The notes: a model not told the origin generated them from the sequence alone. A stretch of 64,000 nucleotides of DNA from an uncultured delta proteobacterium (GCA_963790475.1 CAWBOS010000010.1:1920001-1984000), one strand, 5' to 3'; counted from the first letter of the stretch, positions 11,464 through 22,809 are shown. Numbers and translations are program-made.

Positions 11464-11868
11464 TCAAACCCAGAAAATATCCGCCAGGTGGGCCACCTTC
11501 CTGAATTCCGGATCACCGGTTACTATTACAGCTTTATTTTGCAAAGCCGAGGCCAGGATGAAACAGTCGGCACAAGAAATGCTGTACTGGGCTTTAAATT
11601 CAGCGGCTTCAAATATCAAAGGATTGGGAACGGGCAGAATAGTGAAATCCAACCTTTCAATACTGGCCAGGACCTCTATCTTCTTTTGATCACCAAATTC
11701 CCTTTTTATGGAATAAATAATCTCCCCCAGGTTAATGGCGTTAAGATATTTGACGGACTCGTCCTTGCGGATATTTTCCAGAAGCCGAACGATTTTTTCA
11801 AATCCCTTCTCCTGCTGAAAAAGTTTGAGCAAGGCGAAGCTGTCGAAGATAAAGGGGCCCTTGGCCAT
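11464..11868 (-). CDS. vapC: VapC-family PIN-domain toxin
   Basis: FIFDSFAL, NLGE, ADCF, VTGDPEF PIN pattern; coupled to upstream antitoxin. Confidence 0.9.
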   Translation of the reverse strand: MAKGPFIFDSFALLKLFQQEKGFEKIVRLLENIRKDESVKYLNAINLGEIIYSIKREFGDQKKIEVLASIERLDFTILPVPNPLIFEAAEFKAQYSISCADCFILASALQNKAVIVTGDPEFRKVAHLADIFWV

Positions 11869-12095
11869 TACCTGAAATCCTTTTGCCGCTCTTTAAGCAG
11901 TTTTTCAGAAAGAGAAGGCTTGGAGGGCAGTAGACCGCAAGCCTCTTTAATAGGATCGGCCACCGGGGGAACAAGATAGATCAACCCCCCTTGTTCCATA
12001 ATGTGCATCCGAGTTCCCGGCTTGATCCGATATTTCTTCCTGATGTTCGCCGGTATGACAATCTGTCCCTTGGCTAATGTTTTAACCATGGTCAT
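11868..12095 (-). CDS. AbrB/MazE/SpoVT-family antitoxin
   Basis: KGQIVIPANIRKKYRIKPG swapped-hairpin motif. Confidence 0.9.
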   Translation of the reverse strand: MTMVKTLAKGQIVIPANIRKKYRIKPGTRMHIMEQGGLIYLVPPVADPIKEACGLLPSKPSLSEKLLKERQKDFR

Positions 12096-12135
12096 AATTT
12101 TTAATCCTTAGCAAAAAAGTTTAACCATTATTAAT

Positions 12136-12163
12136 ATTGTATAACCTCTCCTTATTCTGTCAA
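12136..12163 (-). promoter_or_regulatory. sigma70 promoter of the TA operon
   Basis: TTGACA-N16-TACAAT on minus strand upstream of the antitoxin. Confidence 0.6.
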
Positions 12164-12439
12164 GCTTTTTTTATTTAAATACCCTGCCCTGTGGAGCATC
12201 TTTTTATTTCAAGAATCCTTTAATTCTCCCACGTTTTGTCCTTCGCTTTTGAACTGGCGCATCTTTAAAGTTTACTTTGGCTTGAATAACATCAATACCT
12301 GTGTTATATTTAAATTATTTGTAAAAAATTCCCAAGGCCGTCACCCTGGCAAAAGCCCGAATGACGGACCGGAGCTATTTCGAACTTTTTACTAACGTGT
12401 ATTATTGAAATCTAAAAAAGCAAAGGAGTCATATTCTAT

Positions 12440-13609
12440 ATGGATTGGATTCAACCGGCAGATCGCCTCAAACAGCTCCCGCCCTATCTCTTTATGGAAA
12501 TCGACCGTCTGAAGGTCGAAGTTCAGTCCAAAGGGGTGGATATCATCGACCTGGGGGTGGGCGATCCGGATCTACCTACCCCGGCCCATATCCTCCGTCG
12601 GCTGAATCAGGCCGCACTGGACCCCATGAATCATCGCTATCCGTCCTATTCCGGCATGAATGATTTCCGCAAGGTTGTGGCCTCCTGGTATCAGCGTCGT
12701 TTTGGAGTTACCCTGGACCCGGAAAAAGAAGTAGTCACCCTGATTGGTTCCAAAGAAGGGATCGCCCATTTCCCGCTGGCTTTTTTGAATCCCGGCGATC
12801 TGTCTCTGGTTACCAGCCCCGGATATCCGGTGTATCATATCGGAACCCTTTTTGCCGGCGGGCGGTCCTATTTTTTACCTTTGTTAAAGGAAAATAGATT
12901 CCTGCCGGATCTGTCACAAATACCCAGGGAGGCGGCCGGGCAGGCCAAAATCCTGTTCCTCAATTATCCCAACAACCCTACAGCGGCCGTAGCCGACCGC
13001 GGATTTTTTGAACAGGTGGTTGGCTTTGCCCGGGAAAACCAGGTGATCGTTGCCCATGACGCCGCTTATTCCGAGATTGCTTATGACGGGTACCGGCCTT
13101 TGAGTTTTATGGAAATCCCCGGCGCCAAGGAAGTGGGAATTGAATTCCATTCCTTATCCAAGACCTATAATATGACCGGTTGGCGCATCGGTTTTGCCGT
13201 AGGCAATGACCGACTGATTGCCGGCTTGAGCCAGATCAAGAGCAATATCGATTCGGGTGCCGCTCAGGCCATCCAATGGGCCGGCATAGAAGCCCTGGAA
13301 GGGCCGCAGGATTGTCTAATCGAATTGAATGCCATCTATCAAAAAAGAAGGGACCTGATGGTGGCCGGATTGAAAAAAGTCGGTCTGGGGGTCGAAGCGC
13401 CCAAGGCCACTTTCTATCTTTGGATTGAAGTACCGAAGGGGTACACCTCCACCAGGACCACGGCCCATCTCCTGGAGCAGGCCGGGATTGTGACCACGCC
13501 GGGCAACGGCTTCGGAGATCCCGGCGAGGGTTATTTTCGTATTTCTCTGACCGTCCCGGAAGAGCGTCTGGAAGAGGCCGTGCTGCGGTTGAACAAGGTG
13601 GGATTCTAA
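12440..13609 (+). CDS. dapL: LL-diaminopimelate aminotransferase
   Basis: [37 protein letters not shown]; dap cluster. Confidence 0.9.
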   Translation: MDWIQPADRLKQLPPYLFMEIDRLKVEVQSKGVDIIDLGVGDPDLPTPAHILRRLNQAALDPMNHRYPSYSGMNDFRKVVASWYQRRFGVTLDPEKEVVTLIGSKEGIAHFPLAFLNPGDLSLVTSPGYPVYHIGTLFAGGRSYFLPLLKENRFLPDLSQIPREAAGQAKILFLNYPNNPTAAVADRGFFEQVVGFARENQVIVAHDAAYSEIAYDGYRPLSFMEIPGAKEVGIEFHSLSKTYNMTGWRIGFAVGNDRLIAGLSQIKSNIDSGAAQAIQWAGIEALEGPQDCLIELNAIYQKRRDLMVAGLKKVGLGVEAPKATFYLWIEVPKGYTSTRTTAHLLEQAGIVTTPGNGFGDPGEGYFRISLTVPEERLEEAVLRLNKVGF

Positions 13610-14105
13610 TGTCCGGGCATCAGGCCTTCATTGGACTGGGTTCCAACCGGGGAGATAAAAAAAAAATTGCTTGAAGGGCCTGGCCGGCCTCCAAGCCATC
13701 CCGGGACAGGCAATCCTCAGGCAATCTTCCTGGTACCTGACCGAGCCGGTGGGGTCGGAAGATCCGGAATGGTTTATCAATGGAGTCGTCCTCCTGGAAA
13801 CCCCCCTGTCACCGGAAACCCTGATGCGGCGGATGCTGGACATTGAAACCGCCCTGGGCCGGGTACGAACCGTCAAATGGGGACCGAGGATCATTGACCT
13901 GGATCTGTTGTCCTACGATCAGGTCATCATGGACAGTCCCGGGTTAACCCTTCCCCATCCTTTTTTGGAAAAGAGAAGGTTTGTTTTGGAACCCCTGGCG
14001 GAGATTGCGCCGGACTATGTCCATCCGGTTTTAAAAAAAACCATGGCCCAACTAAGGGATGAATTGACCGCCCAAGGTCAAGCCTTGATTCGGCAGAGGG
14101 ATTAA
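13609..14105 (+). pseudogene. folK: HPPK (FolK) split by a frameshift in an A10 tract
   Basis: ATG 13609 gives [16 protein letters not shown]; frame changes at A-run 13657-13666; downstream frame has SSWYLTEP, WGPRIIDLDLL, LPHP, RRFVLEPL. Confidence 0.85.
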
Positions 14106-14157
14106 GGTAAAGAGAAAGGTTTTTTCAGGAAACTGGGCTTTAAGAAAGTGATATACA

Positions 14158-14424
14158 ATGTTATTTAGATGGATTATAATATTAGTTATTGGTTATTTGG
14201 TTTACAGGTACCTGAAGCGGTCCCTCTCGTCACCGAAGCTGCCGAAAAGAAATGCGCCTGAGGAAATTCAGGATGAGATGGTTCAGGACCCGGTTTGCCA
14301 GGTTTATCTGCCCAAAAGACAGGCCGTAGTCCTGAAGAGTAGCAACGGGATGACTTATTATTTTTGCAGTACCCAGTGCCGGGATAGATTTATGAAAGAA
14401 GCCAAGGCTCGCAGTTCTACATAA
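14158..14424 (+). CDS. Small membrane-anchored YHS/TRASH-like protein
   Basis: N-terminal TM; DPVC...YYFCS..C. Confidence 0.75.
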   Translation: MLFRWIIILVIGYLVYRYLKRSLSSPKLPKRNAPEEIQDEMVQDPVCQVYLPKRQAVVLKSSNGMTYYFCSTQCRDRFMKEAKARSST

Positions 14425-14451
14425 CCAGAGCTTGAATGGAAAGGACCTTAG

Positions 14452-15102
14452 ATGAAATTCTTTATTGATACAGCCAACCTGAAAGAGATCGAATCCGCGG
14501 TGGCCCTGGGTCTGGTGGACGGGGTAACCACTAATCCGTCCCTACTTTCCCGGGAGAAAGAAAAACCCCGGGAGCTGATCAAAAAGATCTGTCTGATAGT
14601 CGATGGTCCGGTCAGTGCCGAAGTCATTTCCGAAAACGCTCCCGAGATGATCAAAGAGGCCCAATCCCTGGCCCGGATCCATAAAAATATTGCCGTAAAA
14701 ATTCCCATGACCCCGGAAGGGTTAAAGGCGGTCAAGAAACTTTCCGCCCTGGGGATTCCAACTAATGTGACCTTGATTTTTTCTCCGGTTCAGGCCCTGT
14801 TGGCGGCCAAGGCCGGGGCCGCTTATGTCAGCCCTTTTGTGGGCCGGCTCGACGATATTTCTCAGGACGGCATAGAAATCGTCGGCCAGATTGTGACCAT
14901 CTTTAATAATTACGGTTATGAAACGGAAATCATAGTCGCCTCGGTCCGCCATCCGGTCCATGTGCTGACTGCCGCCCTGATGGGGGCTGATATCGCTACC
15001 ATTCCCTACAAAGTTATGTTACAGTTGGCCCAACATCCCCTGACGGATATTGGTATTCAAAAATTTTTGGATGATTGGAAAAAAATTCCAGGGAAAAAAT
15101 AA
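14452..15102 (+). CDS. fsa: Transaldolase / fructose-6-phosphate aldolase family
   Basis: [28 protein letters not shown]. Confidence 0.92.
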   Translation: MKFFIDTANLKEIESAVALGLVDGVTTNPSLLSREKEKPRELIKKICLIVDGPVSAEVISENAPEMIKEAQSLARIHKNIAVKIPMTPEGLKAVKKLSALGIPTNVTLIFSPVQALLAAKAGAAYVSPFVGRLDDISQDGIEIVGQIVTIFNNYGYETEIIVASVRHPVHVLTAALMGADIATIPYKVMLQLAQHPLTDIGIQKFLDDWKKIPGKK

Positions 15103-15105
15103 TCC

Positions 15106-15768
15106 GTGTACCGGCTCTTTTTAACAAAAAACTTTTTTCTGATTCTTTTCCTGTCGGCTGCCCTGGAGATCCCGGGGATCCCCACCCTGTCACAGGCGGA
15201 CATCTTCCGCTTTCAAGACGAAAAGGGGGTGGTCCATTTTACCAATGTTCCCGCCAACTCCAACTATCAGCTTTTTTACAAGGAATATGAAAAGACTCGA
15301 CCTTCGTCCCCATCGAAAGGATATCCCAAGACCTTTTCTTCAAAAAATTCTAATTTAAACAACCTTTCTCTTCTGGCCCCGCATATTGACGAGGCCTCTC
15401 AACAATACGGAATAGATCCCATACTTATTCAGGCCGTCATTCATGTGGAATCGAATTTTGATCCCCAGGCCCTATCCCCCAAGGGCGCGCAAGGGCTGAT
15501 GCAGCTCATGCCCCAGACCGCCAGAGATCTTCAAGTATCGGACGCCTTCAGCCCCAAAGAAAATATCGTAGGAGGAACCCGCTATCTGAGGTATCTGTTG
15601 GATATGTATAATCAGGACATGTCCCTGGCCCTGGCCGCCTATAATGCCGGTCCGGAAAAAGTCAACCTCTATCGGGGGATCCCGCCTTATCAGGAAACCA
15701 GGACCTATGTCCAGAGGGTAACGCAGGTTTATAACCAACTTAAAAGCCGACTCCTTTCAACCCGGTAA
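15106..15768 (+). CDS. Lytic transglycosylase (SLT) with N-terminal DUF4124-like domain
   Basis: VESNF, GAQGLMQLMP, ALAAYNAG, ETRTYV; N-terminal DEKGVVHFTN. Confidence 0.9.
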   Translation: MYRLFLTKNFFLILFLSAALEIPGIPTLSQADIFRFQDEKGVVHFTNVPANSNYQLFYKEYEKTRPSSPSKGYPKTFSSKNSNLNNLSLLAPHIDEASQQYGIDPILIQAVIHVESNFDPQALSPKGAQGLMQLMPQTARDLQVSDAFSPKENIVGGTRYLRYLLDMYNQDMSLALAAYNAGPEKVNLYRGIPPYQETRTYVQRVTQVYNQLKSRLLSTR

Positions 15769-15781
15769 AATAAATCCGTTG

Positions 15782-16357
15782 ATGCCTCCCGTCAAAACAT
15801 CGATTTTGAATATTCCCAATTATCTGACTTTTTTACGAATCATCACCATTCCCTTTATCCTGTTCGCCTTGCAATCGGGAAGACCTAATTCCTGCCTGTG
15901 GGCCGCATTGATTTTTTCCATAGCATTTTTTACGGATTGGTTGGACGGCTTCATCGCCCGAAAAAAAAATTTAGTCACCAAGTTCGGTAAAATTTTAGAT
16001 CCCCTGGCTGACAAGCTGTTGATCGGTTCCTCTCTAATCATGCTCATCGGATTGGACAGGGTTGCGGCCTGGATAGGGGTTTTATTGATCGGAAGGGAAA
16101 TTGCCGTAACCTGGCTGCGGTCCATGCTGGCCGTAAAAGGGCATATTCTGGCTTCTTCCTGGTGGGGGAAATATAAAACTTTTTTCCAGGCTATCGCTTT
16201 GGTTCCCCTGATGATTCATTATTCCTATTGGTCCATCGATTTTCACTTCTGGGGAACCATCATCCTTTGGATTGCTTTGGTATTGACTTTGTGGTCCGGC
16301 GTCTTGTATTTTGTGAAATACTATCCCATATTGACGGAAAAAGGTTCTAACGCCTGA
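15782..16357 (+). CDS. pgsA: CDP-diacylglycerol--glycerol-3-phosphate 3-phosphatidyltransferase
   Basis: NIPNYLT, TDWLDGFIAR, FGKILDPLADK. Confidence 0.93.
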   Translation: MPPVKTSILNIPNYLTFLRIITIPFILFALQSGRPNSCLWAALIFSIAFFTDWLDGFIARKKNLVTKFGKILDPLADKLLIGSSLIMLIGLDRVAAWIGVLLIGREIAVTWLRSMLAVKGHILASSWWGKYKTFFQAIALVPLMIHYSYWSIDFHFWGTIILWIALVLTLWSGVLYFVKYYPILTEKGSNA

Positions 16358-16553
16358 GAACAAATCCTGTTATTTTTCCTTTTATTTTTCCTTGACTTTG
16401 CAGTCAAGACCGTTTTATCATCACTTTTCAGTTGTACAGAGTTTGTGGTTCGTGGAAAATGGCAGTAACCAGGAGGGTTTTTTGTGGGTCTGGTTCTTTC
16501 CGGCCGGAAGCTGTTACAACTTAAATGAGATGGTGGAGGGGAGGTGAGTTGTA

Positions 16554-16757
16554 ATGGCCAAAGGCCAGGTCAAATGGTTCAGCGACCGAAAAGGATACGG
16601 TTTTATTTCCCAGGATGATGGCAGTGATGTGTTTGTTCATTTTTCAGCCATTAAAGGCGATGGATTTCGTACCTTGCAGGAGGGAGAGAGAGTCGAATTT
16701 GAGGTAACCCAGGGCCCCAAGGGACTCCAGGCTGCCAATGTTATCAAGGCCGAGTGA
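16554..16757 (+). CDS. Cold-shock protein
   Basis: [18 protein letters not shown]. Confidence 0.95.
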   Translation: MAKGQVKWFSDRKGYGFISQDDGSDVFVHFSAIKGDGFRTLQEGERVEFEVTQGPKGLQAANVIKAE

Positions 16758-16771
16758 TGTCATTTTTGTTT

Positions 16772-16810
16772 AAAGGCTGTGGCGAGGTTTACCCGATGTC
16801 CACAGCCTTT
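16772..16810 (+). terminator. Hairpin between convergent genes
   Basis: AAAGGCTGTGG ... CCACAGCCTTT. Confidence 0.55.
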
Positions 16811-16886
16811 CTTATTTCCTGATAATTCCGATAGAGAATCTTCCAGGTTCATTTCTCAATGCCTGGGTCCCTTCGAAAAAAGACCA

Positions 16887-17699
16887 TTAATCCTTCCCCC
16901 TGGCTTTCAGACTATTGGCGAATCGGGCGATAGTCTCATAATAGGCCCGGCCGCAGCGAAAAATAATATCATTATGCCCGGCCCCGGGGATTACAACCAT
17001 TTCCTTTCGTCTGGCCCCCGAATCTCTCAAAAGGACGTCGGCCTGGTTCAAGGGGATCACTTCATCAAACTGGGCATGAAGGATTAAGGTGGGTTTGGCG
17101 ACTTGTGCTATTTTGGGAGCGTTTTGAAACCCGTCCTTTTCCCCAAGTCCTAAGCCGTCAACCGGTATCCCCATCAGTTCCAACAGCGGGAGGGAGTAGG
17201 CAAAACCGCTTTCGATGATCAACCCGGCTATCTTCTCCAGGCGTTTTGAGGCAATTTCAATGGCCGGGGCACTCCCCAGAGACCGCCCCATGATCAGAAA
17301 AGGCCCCCCGCGCCCTCTCCGCCGGATCTGATCATAAGCGAGATCAAAACAGGTCAGGGCATCGCTGAGCAAGGTGCCGACGGTCGGGCTCCCCTGACTT
17401 TTTCCATACCCGCGGTAATCCAGAGCCAGAAGGCTTAAACCCAGTTGCTGATAAAGAGGGCCGGCATCATCGTAGTCGGCGGCGATTTCTCCATTGCCGT
17501 GAAAGAACAGGAGATGGGGACCGTTCGGGTCAGACAAATAGAACCGGGCCCCGATGGCGACTCCCGTATCTACCGGGAAAAGACGGTCTTCCGCCCCTGC
17601 CGGAGCCGGGGTGCCGGTATCTGATCGGGGATAAAAGATCAGGGAATTGACTTCCGGCCGGTCCAGGGCCGAAAAAGGGAGACTCAATGATTCAGTCAT
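16887..17699 (-). CDS. Alpha/beta hydrolase
   Basis: FFHGNGE, DYRGYGKS, GRSLG nucleophile, AGHND. Confidence 0.88.
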   Translation of the reverse strand: MTESLSLPFSALDRPEVNSLIFYPRSDTGTPAPAGAEDRLFPVDTGVAIGARFYLSDPNGPHLLFFHGNGEIAADYDDAGPLYQQLGLSLLALDYRGYGKSQGSPTVGTLLSDALTCFDLAYDQIRRRGRGGPFLIMGRSLGSAPAIEIASKRLEKIAGLIIESGFAYSLPLLELMGIPVDGLGLGEKDGFQNAPKIAQVAKPTLILHAQFDEVIPLNQADVLLRDSGARRKEMVVIPGAGHNDIIFRCGRAYYETIARFANSLKARGKD

Positions 17700-17838
17700 G
17701 TCTTCTCCTAATTTTGATATTTCACTCTGCAGTTTGCTGCAGAGCGTTGAAGAATGTCAAGAATCTTTTAAAAAAAACTTGACAGGGGATAGAGAGCATG
17801 ATTAGGTTTGCCATTTTCAGGAGCGAGGAGATTAGATA

Positions 17839-18600
17839 ATGCGCATTAATGGTCGAAAGGCCGACGAATTACGTCCGGTCCGCATCATCCGGAAATACAT
17901 TAAACATGCCGAAGGATCGGTGCTGATTCAATTGGGTGAAACCAAGGTGATTTGTACGGCCACCCTGGAGGAAAGGGTCCCGCCATTTTTGAGAAACAAA
18001 GGCCAGGGGTGGATCACAGCCGAATATTCCATGCTTCCCCGGGCCACCAAGACCCGGACCACCCGAGAATCCACCCAGGGACGGGTGGGAGGCCGCACCC
18101 ATGAAATTCAACGTCTGATCGGACGCTCTCTGCGGGCCGTCCTGGACTTGAGTCTGATTGGAGAGCGGACCTTCTGGATCGATTGCGACGTGATACAGGC
18201 CGATGGGGGGACCCGAACGGCCTCAATTACCGGGGCCTATGTGGCCCTGGTAGATGCCGTCGAGTATCTTCGAAAAGAAATCTCCATTCCCCGGGACCCC
18301 ATTATCGATTCCGTGGCCGCCATCAGTGTCGGGGTAGTTAACAATCAGATCTCCCTGGATCTGAATTACGAGGAGGATTCCACGGCCGAGGTGGACTGCA
18401 ATTTTGTCATGACCGGCCGAGGCCGGTTTATCGAAATCCAGGGGACGGCTGAAGGGCAACCCTTTTCCAAGGAAAATTTTGAAAAGATGATGACCCTGGC
18501 CGCCCAGGGAATTGATAAGCTGACCACGATTCAACATCAAGTGCTCAACCCCGATGCTGCAAAACCCGAGGGTGCTGCAGATCCGAGGCGGAAAGGGTGA
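17839..18600 (+). CDS. rph: Ribonuclease PH
   Basis: [34 protein letters not shown]. Confidence 0.97.
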   Translation: MRINGRKADELRPVRIIRKYIKHAEGSVLIQLGETKVICTATLEERVPPFLRNKGQGWITAEYSMLPRATKTRTTRESTQGRVGGRTHEIQRLIGRSLRAVLDLSLIGERTFWIDCDVIQADGGTRTASITGAYVALVDAVEYLRKEISIPRDPIIDSVAAISVGVVNNQISLDLNYEEDSTAEVDCNFVMTGRGRFIEIQGTAEGQPFSKENFEKMMTLAAQGIDKLTTIQHQVLNPDAAKPEGAADPRRKG

Positions 18601-18643
18601 AGTCATTTATTGATCAATTTTTATGCAACTTCAGGGTTAACCC

Positions 18644-19249
18644 ATGATCTTGGTCCTGGCTACCCATAATAAGGGGAAGATAAAGGAAATCGGGATCTCC
18701 CTGAATATCCCTTCTCTTGCTTTCCAATCCTTGAATGACTTCCCTGATCTGCCGGAGGTTATTGAAGATGGGTCCTCCTATCTGGAAAACGCCTTAAGAA
18801 AAGCCAGGACCGTTTCTAATAGCCTGAATCTGCCTGTTCTGGCCGATGACTCGGGGTTGCAGGTCGATGCCTTGCAGGGAGCCCCGGGGATCTATTCGGC
18901 ACGCTTTTCCGGTCCTCAAGCCTCGGATCGGGAGAACAACGAAAAACTCCTGACCCTGCTCCAGGGAATTCCGGAAGAAAAGCGGACGGCCCGTTTTGTC
19001 TGTGTCCTGGTTTTCTACGAACCCACCGGACAATGGGTCCAAACCGAAGGGATCTGCGAGGGCCGGATCGCCGCCGCCCCAAGAGGCGACCAGGGCTTTG
19101 GATATGATCCCGTTTTTTATCTCCCGGAGTTTCAAAAAAACATGGCCCAACTTCCCTTGGAAACCAAAAATCATATCAGTCACCGGGCCAGGGCCCTGGA
19201 AAAAATGCGCCCCCATCTTATATCCTTTATTACCGGCCAAGAAATGTAA
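18644..19249 (+). CDS. rdgB: dITP/XTP pyrophosphatase
   Basis: ATHNKGK, ADDSGL, PGIYSAR, GFGYDP, ISHR. Confidence 0.95.
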   Translation: MILVLATHNKGKIKEIGISLNIPSLAFQSLNDFPDLPEVIEDGSSYLENALRKARTVSNSLNLPVLADDSGLQVDALQGAPGIYSARFSGPQASDRENNEKLLTLLQGIPEEKRTARFVCVLVFYEPTGQWVQTEGICEGRIAAAPRGDQGFGYDPVFYLPEFQKNMAQLPLETKNHISHRARALEKMRPHLISFITGQEM

Positions 19250-19337
19250 AAAGAAATTCGACAAGAGGTATCCGGCATCTAATACCCTCCATCTATCTGT
19301 TGCCTTTACCAATGGATTATGGTAATAAAAACCATGT

Positions 19338-19417
<80 letters not shown>

Positions 19418-19480
19418 ATGACCTTGAGGATTCAATCGATCGAGACGAAACACAAATTCTTTTTTTTGCCTGACCACTTA

Positions 19481-19624
19481 AGAGACCTTTGAAAGATGTT
19501 CAATTTTGTCCAAGGTCAAGGAAGACGAAAATTTTAACCACAGGAATACATCTAGTATTTCGAGGATTAGAATTTGAGTCTGACGCAGAGATTGGGCAAA
19601 AAGGGGCGTTTTTCAAAGGTCTCT
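19481..19624. mobile_element. MITE-like element
   Basis: 14-bp TIR AGAGACCTTTGAAA / TTTCAAAGGTCTCT; internal layout similar to the 11320 element. Confidence 0.65.
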
Positions 19625-20130
19625 CTGCGAAGAGACCCTCCCTTTTACCTCTGATCCTATTCGTTTTCATCCTTAACGCTTTTTGGGTTTGTTCTTCCGG
19701 CTATGGATTCAAAAATCCGGAGATAGAATTGAAAACCGTTCATATCCTGGAGATCGATCAATCGTCCGTCACCCTGGAAGGAACCCTGGAGCTCAAAAAT
19801 CCGAATGACCTGGGAACTAAGTTTTCCGGTTATCAATATCAACTGGATGTGGATGGACAACGCCTTTCAATCGGGGAATCAAAACAGCCTTTCCAAATTC
19901 CGGCTTTAAGCACTATCACCTTAACCATCCCGGCCACCATGCTTTTTGAAGACCTGATGGCCTTGGATAGAAGAGGGATCTTCAACCGGGACCTGGTTTA
20001 TGTCCTCAAAGGCACCGCTTTCTTGGATTCCTGGATCGGGAAGATTCCCCTGCCCTTTTCCTATCAGGGCATTATAAATCTCTCGGACCTTCTTAGAGAA
20101 AAAACCCGCCGATTTCTATTGGATCTTTAA
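19489..20130 (+). CDS. LEA type 2 (WHy domain) protein; start uncertain because the MITE overlaps the 5' end
   Basis: Hydrophobic leader then LELKNPND...YQLDVDG pattern. Confidence 0.7.
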   Translation: MKDVQFCPRSRKTKILTTGIHLVFRGLEFESDAEIGQKGAFFKGLSAKRPSLLPLILFVFILNAFWVCSSGYGFKNPEIELKTVHILEIDQSSVTLEGTLELKNPNDLGTKFSGYQYQLDVDGQRLSIGESKQPFQIPALSTITLTIPATMLFEDLMALDRRGIFNRDLVYVLKGTAFLDSWIGKIPLPFSYQGIINLSDLLREKTRRFLLDL

Positions 20131-20131
20131 G

Positions 20132-21739
20132 ATGGAGAACCCTTCCCAACCCCGAACCACCACCCAGGTCGCCAAAACAGCCGGATCGGTCGGGATCGCC
20201 GTTTTTTCCAGCCGTATTCTGGGCTTGATCCGGGAACAGGTCATGGCCGTTTTGTTCGGGGCCGGATATTATATGGACGCCTTTGTGGTGGCCTTCCGTA
20301 TCCCCAATCTTTTGCGCGATCTGTTCGCCGAAGGGGCCTTATCAACGGCCTTTGTGACTGTTTTTACCGATTATGATCAGAAGAAGGGACCCGAGGCCAC
20401 CTGGCGTTTGGCCAACAATGTCTTGCTGACCCTTACCCTGCTCCTTTCCCTGATCACCCTCCTGGGGATAATTTTTTCCGATGAGATCATCCGGATCATG
20501 GCCCCGGACTTTGGTCGGATTCAAGGCAAGATCGCCCTGACCCGGCTTTTGACCAATATTATGTTTCCTTTTCTGATCCTCATTTCTTCGGCTGCAGTGG
20601 TGATGGGGATTTTGAATACCAAAGGCCGTTTTTTCATCCCGGCCATGGCCTCCACTTTTTTTAACCTGGGTTCGATTGTCGGAGGGGTGCTCTGCGCCTG
20701 GTGGGCCCCGTCCTTTGGTCAGCCCCCGATTGTCGGCATGGCGGTGGGGACCCTGATCGGCGGATTCCTGCAACTGGCCATTCAGCTTCCTTCTCTAAAA
20801 AGATCGGGATTTTCCTGGCGGCCTCATTTGCGTCTCAAAGACGAGGGGCTGCGCCGGATTATGGTCCTGATGATACCGGCGGTGATCGGCCTTTCCGCCA
20901 CCCAGATCAATGTCTTCATCAATACTAATTTTGCCGCCCGCTGCGCCCAGGGGAGTGTTTCCTGGCTCAACTATGCCTTCCGGTTGATGCAGTTTCCCAT
21001 CGGTATTTTCGGGGTGGCCATTTCCATCGCCACCTTGCCGGTCATTGCCCGGCAGGTCTCTCAGGGTGATATGGGGGCCTTGAAAACCACTTATGTGTCT
21101 TCCCTGACCATGGCTTTCCTGTTGACCGTCCCGGCCTCTTTCGGGCTGGCCTTCCTGGCTAAACCGATTATCCGTCTGATCTTTGAACACGGCCGTTTCA
21201 ATGCCCTGGATACCACCCATACCGCCGAGGCCCTGATCTACTATGCGGTGGGCCTTTTTGCCTACTCCTCCGTTAAAATCACCGTCCCGGTTTTTTATGC
21301 CCTCAAAGACACGAAATACCCGGTCATCGCCAGCTTTTTAGCCGTGGTCAGCAATGTGGTTTTTATTTCCTTGACCCTGGACATTTTTCAGCATAAGGCC
21401 ATTGCCTTTTCCATGTCTATTACCATGATCTTTAATTTTATTTTCTTGAGCGCGGTCCTCTATCGGAAGGTAGGGGGGTATGATCTGCGGGTTCTTTTCC
21501 GATCTTTAATCAAAATCATCCTGTCTTCACTGGTCACGGGATTGTCCGCCTACTATCTATATCAATGGCTTGGCCGGTTCCTGAATCCGGTGGGAATCCT
21601 GAATCAAATAATCTCCCTCGGTCTGGCCATGCTTGCGGCTGTTTTGGTTTATTTTCTTTTAATCCGTTTGATGGCCATTCGGGAAATGGATGAAGTGATG
21701 GAGGGCTTTAAAAGGCGGTTTTTCAAAAATACCGGTTAA
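20132..21739 (+). CDS. murJ: Lipid II flippase MurJ
   Basis: SRILGLIRE, AFRIPNLLRDLFAEGALS, RLMQFPIG; many TM helices. Confidence 0.95.
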   Translation: MENPSQPRTTTQVAKTAGSVGIAVFSSRILGLIREQVMAVLFGAGYYMDAFVVAFRIPNLLRDLFAEGALSTAFVTVFTDYDQKKGPEATWRLANNVLLTLTLLLSLITLLGIIFSDEIIRIMAPDFGRIQGKIALTRLLTNIMFPFLILISSAAVVMGILNTKGRFFIPAMASTFFNLGSIVGGVLCAWWAPSFGQPPIVGMAVGTLIGGFLQLAIQLPSLKRSGFSWRPHLRLKDEGLRRIMVLMIPAVIGLSATQINVFINTNFAARCAQGSVSWLNYAFRLMQFPIGIFGVAISIATLPVIARQVSQGDMGALKTTYVSSLTMAFLLTVPASFGLAFLAKPIIRLIFEHGRFNALDTTHTAEALIYYAVGLFAYSSVKITVPVFYALKDTKYPVIASFLAVVSNVVFISLTLDIFQHKAIAFSMSITMIFNFIFLSAVLYRKVGGYDLRVLFRSLIKIILSSLVTGLSAYYLYQWLGRFLNPVGILNQIISLGLAMLAAVLVYFLLIRLMAIREMDEVMEGFKRRFFKNTG

Positions 21740-21770
21740 GACTGGCTATATCCCCTTTCCCAGGATCGGT

Positions 21771-22199
21771 TCATCCTCCCTTTTTAGCCGGAGGTTGGGA
21801 TTTAATAAGGATTCTGGTAAATTCCAGAAAGTCCTCCAAATGCTTTTCGATAATCTGTTGGACCACTTCCAGGTTTAGTTCCTGGTAGTCATGGACGGCG
21901 ATATTTCGGAAACCTACCATGGACATCATTTTTTCTGCAAGATTTTTTGAGATCAGTCCTTCTTTATAAAGTAGCGAAAATGCCTCACGACTGTCCTGGG
22001 GGATTCCCAAACGGCGAAGGCGAATTTCATGCATAGCCAGATCGATGGCGGTTTCACAGGCCCTTTGAATATTTAAAATTATGGAATCTTGTTTGGTAAT
22101 ATTTTCGTACAGATTGATCGGATCAGCGGAATACTCTTCCCGTATCCGCTTGATGCAACGTTCAATGATCGCCACTTTGTTGGTCCGAATATCATCCAT
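21771..22199 (-). CDS. hepT: HEPN toxin (DUF86, HepT-like)
   Basis: RNIAVHDY = RX4HXY motif. Confidence 0.88.
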   Translation of the reverse strand: MDDIRTNKVAIIERCIKRIREEYSADPINLYENITKQDSIILNIQRACETAIDLAMHEIRLRRLGIPQDSREAFSLLYKEGLISKNLAEKMMSMVGFRNIAVHDYQELNLEVVQQIIEKHLEDFLEFTRILIKSQPPAKKGG

Positions 22200-22623
22200 A
22201 GACCGACCCCCGGGCATACACATCTTCCAGAATGCCCCTCCGTTCTTCATTTAAGCGGACATAGGCACTAAAGACGGCGTTTTCATACCGTTCACGATCT
22301 TCCGTTCTCTCTTCATAGAGGCATTGGCCGGAAGATATTACCTGTAATCGCATAACAGTTGAAGCCCGGAGCAAATCCACCAGATCGATTTCTGTTTCTA
22401 TCTGAACGGCCAGTTCTTGAGCCGCTTTCCATCTTTCCCAGGGGGAAATAGGGTTCTTCGGCAAAATAGCCAGATCGATGTCCCCTTTAACCCTTCCATC
22501 GGGATTCACTGAGGACCCGAACAAGTAAATGGCTTTCAGGTTTGGAAACCGTTCTGTCAAAAATCGAACGATACAGTTCTTTTTTTCTTGATCAACCATA
22601 GCCGAATGTGAAACAGCGTTCAT
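22192..22623 (-). CDS. mntA: Minimal nucleotidyltransferase antitoxin (MntA-like)
   Basis: YLFGS-X10-DID, IDLVDL; overlaps hepT. Confidence 0.88.
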   Translation of the reverse strand: MNAVSHSAMVDQEKKNCIVRFLTERFPNLKAIYLFGSSVNPDGRVKGDIDLAILPKNPISPWERWKAAQELAVQIETEIDLVDLLRASTVMRLQVISSGQCLYEERTEDRERYENAVFSAYVRLNEERRGILEDVYARGSVYG

Positions 22624-22809
22624 TTATTGGAACAAGTATAAGATGGCGGGGGGATTGTGGTCAAGGAGAAAAAATGCCAACTTCGAAGGCCTTCACCTGG
22701 ACGACTCATTAAAAAGCCCTCCCGATCAAGACGGGATCGATAGCCTTTACACCAAGTCGTCAAATTTAAACTTGACCATTTTATTGAAATCCATTAAAAA
22801 GAATCCAGT

